Below are positions 26,325-40,263 of a stretch of DNA of 64,000 bases, piece after piece. The translations under genes were made by a program, and so were the position numbers. Each line of letters opens with the position of its first letter. The stretch's first letter is position 1. The notes under the pieces were generated by a model. It made no database searches and was not told the origin of the DNA. It saw only the letters and a program-made list of their open reading frames with translations. This DNA comes from Iphione sp. A-MEVVRFRX5. Taxonomy: Eukaryota. Location: assembly GCA_976226885.1 (NCBI GenBank), contig OZ320320.1:65224001-65288000 (forward strand). The letters are read 5' to 3'.

Positions 26325-27666
26325 TAGTATCATGAGTACCACATTATTCGAATAGTCATTAGTAAACTAACACCATAACATGACTGCTAGAGTAGTAGGA
26401 ATCACGCATCCAACCATTGGGGAGACAGCTTTCTTGATAACTACTATTCATGTTATGCAAAGTGGATATATCAGGGCTGACCTGCAGATGCAATAATTAT
26501 TTTTCGAGTGATAAATTGTAGAAAATTCCACGTTGCTTAGTATTCTATTCCATGGTCTATTCCAGATCACTTCTAGATTGTTTACCGGACTTAAAAACCC
26601 CGAGTGAGAAGTCCTCAGGTCACCTCACTCTTTAATTTGTCCCTGAAATGTCCGTGACGTTCGATGCTCCTCCAGTGCACGCATGCGCATGGGGATGGCG
26701 TGCGTCGTTATTAGCGTATTACCTCGTGGACTAGGAGGACGAGGTCTTACGGGAGAACATTTTAACGTACACACGTGATAGATTGCTGCGTGGATGGATA
26801 GAAAGATGGATAACTTGGTAGATACATAGATGCTTAAGTAAGGGAGATAAGAAGTACTAGTGTAAGCCTAAGTATATATTTTAAAAATGTATATTTAAAG
26901 AAAAAACGTATAATGATGAGTGCAAATCTGCCTTAATGGCTCACGTTCAAAACTAGAATTACAAGGCAGAACTTAATTACTGATAACATAATGTACAGGA
27001 AGATGAATGCCCCATTCTAGATTTCAACCCGAAGTAGACCTGATGTCCTACATGCACAGGTAAGATCTTTGGCTCGTGCTCCCCAGGACAATAACACCAT
27101 TTACAAGTCTATCTTTGTCCAATGGCAGAAGCTTGCAATATTTATGTAGCCGATTCTAAATTGATGTATACCTGGGATGCTAAATAACCATAGAACCACA
27201 AGTAAATATATCATTTACAGAACCATTTCTTTACATGTTAGATGGTATGTTAATATTCATATCTTCCTATGTTCCTTTCGGCTATTGCCGCCTATAACTA
27301 ATGTCAAAAGCAGATGTCCAAAACAGTTCCTATGTATGGCTAGTTATTTAAAATCCAGTTTCTATTTGACCTCGGAATTTCCCATAATGGTAGAGGTTGT
27401 CACCTCACACCTCACATCGACGGTAAATCAATTCATCAGTCCCCGGGAGGGATCCAGTGCACTTTATTTTTATGTGAAATCTCTATCACCTCTCCTGGTT
27501 ATATGGTTGGTCTATATCAGGTTTCTTCAATGCATTTCAACATGACGTCATCTGATAACGGTAAAGAGAACTACCGTTGCCCATAAATAACAGTTTAGAA
27601 TCCTTTCTCTATGTGATACATAAACAAGTATTCTACATTTTAATCACACGTCAACATTACAATGTA

Positions 27667-28275
27667 CAGTGAAACCCCTCTATAACGGACAACACTGGGA
27701 CTGTAGGCAAAGAGTCCGTTGTCAGGTGTATCCGCTGTGGCCGAGCTCTGTACTTATATAAGCTACCAATAAGCAATAATTACAGATCAATAATCAATCC
27801 AAATAACAACAGTCAAAGTTTAATTATTTAGTTTGTATTATGCAAGACCCATGTATGTACATTTCAATGGAATAAATGATTGAATATATAATTTCTATGT
27901 ACATGTAGTCATTATAGACAAATAGTGAAGAAACAAGTACATGTACGTATTTAAGGACGGGAGTGGTTCCTCGAGGGTGTGAGGGACGAGGTTCCGGGTG
28001 TGGGGACTCATCAAAAGGGTGACAGGGGCAGTTTCTTGAGGGTGTGAGGGATGAGATCGTGCCTCTTCCGGGTGACTGTCCACTGTAGACAAGCTAAAAT
28101 TAGTGTTAGGGACTATCCACGCAGTGTGCAGAGATGGGTGTCGGCTTCCCATGAGTGTCTGCTGTGTCTGGGCTGTTGTAAACATATTTTTTACTTGTTT
28201 TTGTTTGGGACTACACAAATAGCGTTCATAGAGTCATCCACTGTGGCCAGGCGTCCGTTGTGAGGATCTCCACTG
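27667..28275. mobile_element. Tc1/mariner(pogo)-type non-autonomous element
   Basis: TA|CAGTGAAACCCCTCTATAACGGAC ... GTCCGTTGTGAGGATCTCCACTG|TA: TA duplication with degenerate TIRs. No transposase ORF recognised. Confidence 0.5.
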
Positions 28276-29944
28276 TACCTTTATTCTTACCAATGTGTGT
28301 TTTGATAACTTAGAAACAAACGACCGGTTATGTTGACACTGAAGGCGATGCAAACGGAAACTACGTCAAAGTCCTATGCTACTGCAGAAACTCCGCGAGA
28401 CTATTCTGTGTATAGAACATAGGGAGACATTTCGCATTCTGAATGCGAAAAGAATTTATAAGCGCACCGCTTCCTCAGACATAGAATAAAGGGAAATCAG
28501 ATAAGTTACTCTCGAGAAGACATCGACTACTCATTGTTCAATTGGTTAAATGTTTACTGACAAAAATGTATGAGTAACGACAAATATACAAGGCTCTTCA
28601 CTTCATGTAATCCACACCTGGAATAATTATTGATCGACGTACTAACATCGTGACGATACGTGTTGGCCGCTTCAGACGCTGTTAATATGCAAGTGGCCAT
28701 TTCACAGACCAAGTGTTAGTGTCCCCTCTTTATGGCCTTCATTAGGTTCATTGAAAGAGCAAGGCAATCATTCGATGAAATAAAACATTGTTTTACTACA
28801 CAACGAAATTCCAACTGCATTCAACAGTGTCAAATGAGTACTTGAAATTGTTAATGCAATCAATAACGCGTATTTCGCGCCCGCCAAAGAAGAACGTCCA
28901 CAGTAATTGAAAGCCTTGTGATCTATGACAATTTTTGGTGAGGGGGGAAATCCTCATTTGCTTCCTCTGAATTTGATGCAATTATACAAGTAGGGAGGAT
29001 TACCTGAAAGTACAAATTAAATTTAATGTGCGTTCTTTAACAACGTTTATTATTTTTTGACTTTTGAAAAATGAAAGGAGTGATGTTTATAAGGAAGGAT
29101 TATGATGACATGAAGGGAGTTAAAATCAGGATTTTTTACAAAATAGTTTGCGTGTGGAATTTCTATCATTCTTGTTTTTTTTTAACAAGTAGGGAGTATT
29201 TTGAAGATTAAGAAGGCAATGCTGACCTTGGCCCGTCGGACAATGGGGGCGGATGGGATGTCATTAATCAGAAAAGATTATACATAAACAAGTAAGCATT
29301 GATACTCAGCGAGATGTGAATGGTCAATCCTTACCTGCTCGCAGCGCAAACAGATGATGCATGCGCATCGCTAGGAGGTTAACAGCTAGATGGTCAGTAG
29401 ACGGATTCAGTCATAAGAACAAAGCCCTCAGAGGACAGTTAAGTTTGACAGGCACCACGGAAGGCGTTATGGATAAACAATATGGATGAGCTCCGGCGCC
29501 AACAATGGGTCCATTGTAAAGGTTAACAAAGCTAAGATGGATGGACAATCCCATGTAGGAAGCACACTTGGTCTATATGATTCGAGATCGGACTATATGA
29601 CCGATTACGCTGTAGCGTGTCGTGCCAGAAGCTACACAGCAGATGAATGTTGCAGTAGGATGGTTTCTATCCACTGAATTGCCTACTTCTGACTGTAAGT
29701 TTTTACTACGTATTAAAAAGCCTGAACCAAACAGATGGGGCTGCGGGAAATCCATGTTGAACGGAAATTGGCTAAGAAATGTTTTTGCATTAGTGTAAAC
29801 GATGTAGGGGATAATATACGGTACCTACAGAATAGTGAATGATCATCTCGTTAGGGGTGGGCTGCAAAAACATAAACGTTTGCACAGGTCATACGTGTAG
29901 ATACCATGGTTATCATTCTTAGTAAAGCTAGTCTTAAACTAAGC

Positions 29945-29966
29945 TATATATATATATATATATATA
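29945..29966. repeat. (TA)11 microsatellite
   Basis: Read directly from the sequence. Confidence 0.95.
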
Positions 29967-31503
29967 CTCAAGACACGCGTACGCGTTCGCCTGTGTACCT
30001 GTTTTGTATGGTGCTTCGCAGAAATATCTGTATTTTAAGCTACCACGTACTTTTTTTCTCATTTCAGCTTCTGATAACCTTTGTGGACCGAGTAGACGGT
30101 GCAGGCCGAGTTGGACTCTTTCGGCGGGGACGCCTTTGCATGGCAGACAGGTAAAAATCAGGAGGCTGACAAACGTGGATCTCACTCCCACTATAAACCT
30201 GCCTCTCGCCGACTGGTGCCATAGGCAGGAAATGAGGTGTAGGGTTTGCGATCCTGAAGTTCGTTAATGGATCACTGGGGAGTATGGAAGACAACGTAAT
30301 TGAAGGAGGAGGACACAGTAGGGACCATAATGCCCACTCCGTCAGACAGGGGTCGTCGGGAATAGTTTCCTTCCATGTACCAGGCGTCCCGACTTCTATT
30401 AAAAGTCTTACTCCGGGAGCCCTAATAAAGCAGAATCTACTGCCAGTAGGGCACAGTGTATCGTTCATTGTGGTATTAGTGCAATCACAGGTTGAGGGAC
30501 ACTAGCAAAGATGCGCCTATAAACATGTTCCTCGAAACATTACTTGCCAATTATTTGTGGCATTTGATGGGTATTTCGTAGCAGATCTGACTAGTACTAT
30601 TACTCCAAGTCACACATCCGGCCCAAAACGAGTCAGTTCAACCACCATTACCAATGGGACGAAAATGGCCGAATAGGGTAGCAAATTAGCTCCCTTTAAA
30701 TGACCTTCCTCGCCAAAAACTTTAAGTAAATCTTAGCCAGACCGTCTCAAAACGAAGAATATTAGAAGCTCTTTTAAAAAATAGCACATTTACTTGATTA
30801 ATCAGGCTTCATTTTTTCAGTGCGTTTGTATGGCCTAAGGGTAAATTTGATTGGACGAAAGGAAATCCTACTTAATTAAATATTCATCACCACTATGTTG
30901 TTCATCACCGAAAGTAGCAATTCTATAAATCAGCTTAGTTGTTTTTTTATCCCTGTTTTTCAACAGCGCTGCCAAAAATAGTAAACTCACTCCATCAAAT
31001 AAACGCTTTCAGACCAAAAAAAAATCATCCTCAGCAAAAAGCGAGGATTAAGGATGCCCTTCGCCACGCCTGTGTAAATATGCGTACTTCCGAAAATGTC
31101 ATTTGAGGTGGAGTAGGCAGCCTCCGTCACTGTTGGAGGAAACCTTACTGAGGGGTGCCCTCCCAATGGTCTGTACAAAAAAAGATACTTTCTTTGAGAC
31201 CGTCTAACTTCAGTGCAAAGTAACCCCGAACAAAACGGGAAATGCACACTGTTTCAGCAGTACCAGCAGTCAAAAAAGTACGTGTAATTGCATCGACAGA
31301 TCAAGAAAGCAGACGTCTGCATTATATTTCAGTCTTAGAGTAATGCCTAAGCAAAGCAATTCCTGTGTTTCCCGTAACCCCACCGACCTTATATTAGAGC
31401 CAATTGTGACCTTATATTTTTTCTTGTTATTTTTAATAACCTCAGAACGAATAACAATAGAGACACGTTTTATACACCAATTTACAGCTTTAGCTTTCCT
31501 TTA

Positions 31504-31843
31504 GGCCAAAAAATGTGTTTCTGGGAACAACCAGCCAAAAGCCTAGGTAGGGAGGGTTTTGTTAAAATATTTTTTTTCCAATTTCGTCCTCTGGTTTTCA
31601 ACAATAATAAAGACAATATGAAGGATTTTGACCAATCTGTATGAGTTTTGCAGATTTTGTGAATTTCCATGGACTTTGTTGTTTTTCTACTGATTTTACT
31701 AAAAACATATACATGTACCATAAAAACAGATATAGAAGGATATTCAGCCTTGGGAACACTTTGGAGCCAAAACTTTTTAGGAAGGGTAAGGTTTTACTAG
31801 GTAGGGGTGGGTTACCAGAAACACACCTATTTCTTTTTGGGCC
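31504..31843. mobile_element. PIF/Harbinger-type MITE, copy 2
   Basis: GGCCAAAAAATGTGTTTCTGG ... CCAGAAACACACCTATTTCTTTTTGGGCC with a perfect TTA target-site duplication. Same orientation and shared internal blocks (CCTAGGTAGGGAGGG, CCTCTGGTTTTCAA, CCATGGACTTTGTTG) with copy 1. Confidence 0.8.
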
Positions 31844-34800
31844 TTAGTTCCTACTAGCTTCCATTTAATAAAAGTTTCATCAAAATCTAATCAGTAGAAG
31901 TGACACTACTATATGCATCTGTTGCTTTCTAGGTCCTTTAACATTGAAAGAGAAGAAATTAAAAAAAAACATGCACCTACCGTCTGACACTATATATTTT
32001 CTGCATGCTACTGGAAACAGATATTTTTCAGGCCTAAGTAAAACGTACAACATAACATACAGATGGATAATGTCCTAAACTCACAGAAATCAGTAAATCA
32101 TACATAGAGAGATAAAGTGTAGCTGGTTGTTGTTTGTTAAAACCTGACCGATCTGATCGGTGTAGATCTTTGAGCAAGGAACGAAAATCTGCAACGGCTG
32201 TGGACGTATGCATTCTTTCAAGAGCAGTTCAACATGCTTTTTAACTATTTGTCCAAAATACATTCAAGAAACATCAATTCCTGCCCTGGGACACAAAGTG
32301 TCCATTTTCTTCTCCAGTAAAGATAGACAGTGGGCGCCGAAGAGGATGCTTAAAATGACGGCTTAGTCGATGCGGGGATTACAAATGGGCGTTGAAGTGG
32401 CGCCTAGTGGTAGAGAGTGGAAGACGTCGTGCGGTGGAGAATGTTAGGCATGTGGGCGAACACCGTTTGATGGGAAGCACGACATGCTAGAGAGTAGTGG
32501 AGGACGGTTTGGTGGGCCAGCAGTTGGATAGGTGGATGGAAGGGGTGTAGACTGTCAAGCGCACACCCGCTGTACAATTTCAGCCTCTCAGAAAGTCGAC
32601 ATGGTCCTTATTCCACGGCCCACACTTGCTAACCCCCTCCCCCCTCCCACCTAGCCCTTACCATCGCTCACTTCAAGCAGTGGGTGAGCAAGATCCCCGG
32701 AGAGATTTTCCATGTCACCTGCCTGGAGGTTAGACTCAGGTCTGACCTCGGGAGTCGCTGGGGTCAACCCTACTAACAACTCAGAGCGCTGAGCAGACAA
32801 TCCTCTTCGCGCCTCATTTTAATCTATGGGCATCCTTCAAAAGTTATCAGCTGAAGCCAAGTCAAGTAGGGAGAGGTGCACGAGAAGTTTCAAGAGCATT
32901 TTTCGATAAAGCTGCTGGCGGCATCGGTCTATATTCTACCACTGCTGGTGTGAAGCAAATATTGATATTGCAAATGCTATCTTGTCTATCATCGATTTTA
33001 CGAAAAACACTGCTTGCAAGCACTGCATTGGACATTTCGTATCTTCTGCAGTAACCACTGTGCAATTGAACAGTTAACACTATCCAAAAAACACTCAATC
33101 AAACACATGTTTTACTTGTATGCCTCTAATAACGTTACCACGGATTCATGCAAAGGCTTCCCATCAATCGGTCTGACCAGCTGTTGTGAAGTTGTCAATA
33201 TGATATAAATCTAACACAATGTGTCTCTACGTAAACAGGAACTTGCTAGAAATAATAGCAAAGTTAAAGAAAGTGTAGAGAACTGGTTTTATGTCTTTTC
33301 TGAGTTCGTTTCTATTCAGAAATGTTACGTATATCACACTCAAAAACAGGATATATATTCCATAATTTTTTGTTATTTTTGTTTTTATTATTTTGGGTTT
33401 AGGCTGCCTTATTCAATTTAAGTAAAACATTTCCTCGCTGGTTTCTCTCTGATTACTTCTGTCATATTACAGAGTCATTCAAAAAAGACAATAGTTGCTT
33501 GTTATTGGTCACTTTGCTTTTGATCTTGCAAGTTGTCTCAAATAGAAAAAAAGATTAGGTAATTTATTAGTGGTCGCCATAATACAAGCATATTATAAAT
33601 GGTGCCTGTCATATACCAGGGGACAGCAACTCTGTCTAATAGTATCACTGTTTAGCTCTGAACTGTGGCTTTCGTTGTTGAGGTAAAACCTGTGTTGGCA
33701 AATTGTGGATTTGCAAATAAGATCTCTGGGACTGCCCAGGGATTCACAAACTAGTCAAAGTAGCTTTGCTGTAAGAGCTTTTGCATGTTTGGTACTAAAG
33801 CTATTGCATGATACTACTGGCTAATCTGTATCCTGAATACGTGTAATCAGCCAGAAAGTATGATATCAGGATGCTTATCTATCCAGAACACGGATACAGG
33901 AAAACGATGCAAAATAACATTTAAATTATGTAACCACGAAAGTCGCCCGTTGCCATCTCCTTCTGAATTTTAACATGGCTGAAATATTTTCTCTACGACA
34001 ACGTTAAAATATGTCTGTGGTTCAATGTTTCAAGTCGTGCCCCCTTTTTCAATACTAATCTGAAAACTTTTTAAGCAGGAGTTTTATTTCGTCACGGACA
34101 TGAGTGCCTTGTGTTTATTTACACATTAATTTTTTTTAATCTGTAAAATAACCGATGGTTTACCTTAACAGCGCGCATGTTTTTTTTCACGCTGCACATC
34201 TGTTTCTTAACCCGTGAGATATAATGTGTGTGGGTGTACTGTTGAACTGTTCGTCTCTGCACCAGGCATTTAAAGACGGCAAGAAGACTGCATCTTGTTT
34301 CTGGAGGAGTTCATATCCTCTAATCTACCGTAGATTATAAGACTCCGTAAACAACACAGATTCTCAAATGTTACTTTTAGCCACACCCTTTCATTTGATA
34401 AAGGACACATGCTTGTACACGCATGTGATACAAATTAAAATCCATTGTCCGATTACAATGACTACAAAGAGTAGAATCTTTATGATTACTCAATTAAAAA
34501 CTAAATACGCGAAATTAAATGGTCCATTATGTCACTGATTCTGGAATCTCCCTACGAGAACTCTACCAAGTGTCTTTTGGGAAAGATTAAGCCTACGATT
34601 TCTGAATCAGGAAACGGACTACCGGGGAACGCATTTAACACTGACGAAAAATTAGTACGGACTGTTAATTCATTCCCAACAAGCTGCTGAGACTGACGTG
34701 AGGTCGCACAGAAAAGCCAATAGTCGGAAGACAGAACTAATGAATTAATTGAATAAGCATGGTTACCTGCAATTAAGATGGAATTAACCCGGCTTGAGAC

Positions 34801-37800
34801 TGCGTTGGACGTTGATTGCGTGGCAGGGTGTTTAAAGCGGCATCTCTGTCTTGCAATGCTTGAGAATTGCATGGAACCGGCTTATCCATGAACCATTCGT
34901 TCTTTATGACTTTACCAGCAATCATTTGAGTTAAGGCTTAGTTTATCACGATGAACAAAACATCTAATTCAGCCCTTTCATTGATCAGAAAAGTATTCAT
35001 CCTGCCATGTTGCAGTTAGACGCATAGATGAATACATATTTAATCATAACTCGATGCTGATCCTAAGATCTGCGTAAAACAAATACAAAAGTTGTAATTC
35101 CAATCCTAAGGACAGCGGGGATAGTTCATATACATGTACCAATACTTAGTTTGCAATCTCAGCAAGGCTTACTTTCTTCAGGAGGATTTTTATCTTCAAT
35201 ATCTAGATTGATTCTCTCACCTACAGAAACGGGTGGCCTGAGGGCATTAAACGGACCTCTCTGGGAGCCAAGAGACGTTGCCTGTAGAAGTCAGGAGGGC
35301 ATGTTCGAAGATGCCCCAATACCTTCGTGCTGACCAAGCTTTGCTCACTAAACCCCAGTGTTAAGTGGCGTTTGTACACCAGCCCACGGACGTCCCGAGT
35401 TCACACTAATGGTGGCGTACGGGGAATAATCCTGGTTGCCTTGGTAACGCTGTGCGCGCTCCCGTGACGTCGAATGGTAATACCACTTAGGTCGGCGCGG
35501 TTTGTGTAAACACACCTTCGACGAGGAGTAGGTGGGCGAGAGTAAGCGCAGGAGGCGGGGCTGTGTACTTAGAGGAAAACACCACACATGGTATCTCGGG
35601 TGCACAATGGGTGAGAAGCCTGAGAGACCATGAGGGAACTCCATTTGTAATGACTCAATGGGGCTTCAAGGCCAAAGCCACCCCCGAAGTTCAAGAACGC
35701 AAGATATGACATTCTTTCGAAGATCTCTTTCAGATATTGTAATTATGCTAACCTTGCTAGGAATTTCACAATCATGCTTTGATTCTGTCCATTGGGCAAT
35801 AAAAGCTTGGTGTTGCTTAGAATCGCATTTGTAAATATGCATTACAAGTCTTCGGCTTTGGAGTTCCAAGCCAAATAAAATTTCGCAAAATTATCAAAGT
35901 GTGCCTGCAAGGATTCGAAACATCGTATCGAAACCAAATGATTATTCCTTGTCACTACTAAATGATTAGACCAGAATAATTGGCTGTCTGTTTCAATAAT
36001 TCCTTGGTTGTGTTTGTAGTTATTGTCAGCGAAATGATTTATTTTGCCTTCTATTTAGCAACATGTAATGTGGATTACTGGTTTTGATATGTTGCCTTCA
36101 TGAGTACATAAATTGCATTATGATCATTCTTCGCATTATGATCGTATAAACCGTGTACCTTTGGGATACGCAAGAATCAAATTCTTCCGGTAGTCGTTTA
36201 AATATTACGATTCTGTAAGCATCACGAGGTATATGGTATTCGTCCGGATTGAATGAGACATACTCTAGGTGAAAATGGAAGTCAATCCTCATGAAAGTTC
36301 ATAACAAATATAAAGTACAATATCATAGGTATAGTCTTCCGCAAGGAAGTGGCAGTAATCAAGTGTCACTTGCATTTTACATGAGGGAACGTGCCGGTAA
36401 ATATAAATGGAGGTGAAAAGACACATTATCACAGTAAGATTTTACTACAAAAGGGAGCCGTGACGACAACATTACTGAATAGTGATTAGAATTAAACATA
36501 TTAGAAGGGAACACCCATCTTCAAAATCGTGAGAATGTCTGCCATATTTAGTGTATAACAATTTAGGGGGGTCCAATGGTATAATTTCCCCTGCTGCACA
36601 GCTTGACTGGAGTTAATGTTCATTGAAAGCGCCGGGTAAATTGTGTATTCGTACTTTCCTATTTGGAATGCCCATGGTTTGGAGTAAAACTCTTCATTTT
36701 TAGTGCTGTCATCTCCGGGCGTTTAGGTAGATTTATCAGAATTCTGCACGACTCTTACACACTCACAGTACGTGTTTTTAATTTGAAATTCAATGTTGTT
36801 TTTTTCTCATACGACTTTCATTACGCCCTAATGTGCCATGTTTTCCTGTCCTGCCGTTTACGTAGTGCTTGAATATAAAGACGTCTACAATGGGTTTGAA
36901 AGTGTCCTTGCAAGGTGGATATTTATCATGGTTTCAATTTCATACCCTCGTCTGCACTAGGAAGGACCAAGAGACGGGCGTTTGCTTGTGGTTGGAAAGC
37001 CTAATGGCAGAAACGAGTAGCCTGCCTAATTACATCCTGCCTTAATGAACAACTGATATTGTTTAATATTTAGGTGCGATGGCTTCAACCTTTCAGAACA
37101 GGCATTTGGTCGCCGACCCTATTAATTTAATGGTAAGAATATAGCGAGATCTCATTTAATTTAACGAGATGTTATGGATTATGTCCGAGGTGTTTTTTTC
37201 TCTCTATTTATGCAAGAATAGCAAAAAAACATCTCCAGCATCATTGCTTTGATTTTAAAGCATCAAATGTTTACTGCGTCGAATTTAGAATTTCTCCTGA
37301 GTGCGGAAGACATTGTTCATCTCCCAAACCAGTTTCAACAACTTCTTTTAGAGTAATATACATGGACACCTTACATATGGCAAATAATAATCAACACCTA
37401 ACGGAAATCTAAATATGCTCTCTCATTAATGTATGACGAGAATAGCATCGCTCTTGGGGGCATGTAACAACTCTATCTGATATTCAATTCGTTCCCCGTT
37501 CAGGAAAGGTTTTCACCAGGTGTATATATACATATTTATAGATGAAGAACACACACAACACAGATTGGAGGATAGACAATCAGTAATCTCTTTATTAAGA
37601 AAAAAAATCAAAATGACAGCCGAATGATGGTTTAAAAGATTGAATATGATGTCACAGCTACCATAGACCCATAGTTACTCACTTAGCTACAGATTGTTGA
37701 TGGTGATACGATATATATTATCATAAATATGCTATTTAAAATCCATATATATATATCATTCAGCAATAATTAACGGATACTCCGAACAATATAAATTGTC

Positions 37801-40232
37801 TTATGTTACTAGATACTATTAGGGTGATCGTGCGGAAGAATATCAATATCAAAACCGCAATGCATGAGCTAAATAAGAGTACAGACTCGTGAAATAAGGC
37901 GATAACGTTTAATGAAATTTCTAGCTATGACAATAGGGAGTTCAAATTATTACCATAGTTTTATGTATAATTGGATCAAGCGAACATATGGGAAAGTACA
38001 GTTTAGCCCTTAAACAAATAGGTGTTGATGCAACTCTTAAAGTAGCCTATGAGAGGGCTGTAGAAGGAGACATATATTGAGTAATTATATTCGTTATGTT
38101 TGTTAGTTTTGTTGCTTTTGCTTATAAATTTTGGGCGACCTAATGGTTCTATGGTTTGCAGCATTTACTTTAAGCAATCTGACTGTGGTCCTGCACGTCC
38201 TTGCTTGTAGTGACATCTGTCAAAAAGATTTGCACTAAAGGGGAGACTGAGTACTAAGTACTGTATTTGTAATAAAAGTGCAAGGCGTAAAGTGAAATTT
38301 ACTAAGGGACTATATGAATTAATCTAGCCCAATGGTATATGGTAGTTTATCACCTACCTGCATTAGCAACACATTTGTCACTACTTTGAATGTACTTTCA
38401 GGTGATCTAAACGTCGATATCTAACTCACCAGTTAATGTTAAGAAGAATCCTTAGTGTGGATACTGCAATGATTGACACAATCTTCCACTAGCCCTTATT
38501 GCAGTTAATCCAGCACACTGTGATATACCTGACAGATATCTCTAGTCATAACCATGGACCTAACTGCTAATCAGGACAACACATGATATCTTATGGTTTA
38601 CTGTGATATTGTGATTTACTCAAGTGATATTTCAAGTCCAAACCTTCCACTGGACGGCCAATGATAATACCACATGTTATCCTAAGTATCACTTTAACAT
38701 ATACTATTCAATTGTCCTTTCTATTCCTATATGCCATGGATGTAATTGTTCATAACACTGTTATAATCATTGCTGCCACTTTTCCTAAGCTAGTCTGCCA
38801 GATTATTGGTCATGGAAGGAAATGTGAACTGCTTACCAATCTATGATCTGTTGATATTTACCTGTATTTTTTATTTTCCAATTTTACACTGTTTATATTA
38901 CCCATGCAAACTTTGAATAAAAACAGAAATGGACTGTAAAATCAATTTCAATTTGAACTAAACTTCAACAGATTACAGCGACAGCAATAAGGCTAAGCTC
39001 TAAGGATTTCAATATTTTAAATTAGCAATTATTTTCTAATAGCTGACAGTTAAGCGTCCTGACTTAATTGACAGATTGAATGCTTTTATACCAGTCAGTT
39101 TTTCTATAAAACGAACGGAAAATCCATCTCTTCGGTTTTTTTATGTCCAAGCTTGTACAAACATGTCGATGATGTCCTTTACTAACTGATGCAAAGGCAT
39201 CCCCATTTAAGAAAGAAAATTCCGATGAAAATAAGAAAATGGAATTGAAAATATTGAAAGACGCTAGCATGTATAGCAATAAACAGGCTATATGAGTCAC
39301 GCCTATTAAAATGACGAACAGGAGAGACTCGGCTGAACGGAATTTTTCATCTCATCTAATAGTGATAAAAGGAAAAGGTACAACCACACTCATCGTCTCT
39401 CAAAGAAGATATTACACTCTAAGCAGGAAAAAAATAAGACCTTAACAGGTAACCTTTTCACAGACCATCTGGATGTGCTCATCCAATAGAAATGAAGTAT
39501 GGAATATAAATGTAACTAGTTAAAGGCAAATAAAGGCTTTATTCAAGTATGTGGCACCACCAACGATAAAGTATACTTAGTAAATGCAGTACGACATGGT
39601 GATATAAGCAACGCTGTACCCAGTGAATCGGGTCCAAAGTAACTTTGATTACCTTTTACTCTTGGTAAAACAACCAGAACAGGGTTATATCAATGGACGT
39701 AAATTCGTGACTGGGTCTCCATAGTAACCCACTGTATTCTACAGAATGTTGTATTATCATACTGTTAGTTCCGTGAAGATCAGTTGCCTATTTACATGTT
39801 CTCAGTCTTTAAAATGGTAGTTCGCCGTCCTATTTATAAGTCAAAAATGTAAGGAAGAGACAGCTCTTCTCTTACGTGAAATCCATAGATCTGATAACTT
39901 CGTGCATTTTATGAGCCACTGCAAGAATGATATTCTGCGTTGCATAACGCTTGATGTCCGGCCATTTCCAGGAACCACTGGGCATAACCTCTTCATAACC
40001 TATGTAACTAAAGCCCACGGCCCCTCCCCCTAAGGCCTGTAGGGAGTACGACGCATTGAAGCCAGCACAAAAGCCTGTTGTAGTAAGTTACCAACAGTTA
40101 ATGAGTCCGAACGGAAATTAGGCTTGCGCCCATCGTGCACAGATTTGCATCTGTGAGGCTATGAGTATCGCGGCTCATGCAATATTCACTGAACCGACTG
40201 TTTAATTTGACCACGTCATCGGTGTAGGATGA

Positions 40233-40260
<28 letters not shown>
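40233..40260. repeat. (GT)14 microsatellite
   Basis: Read directly from the sequence. Confidence 0.95.
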
Positions 40261-40263
<3 letters not shown>

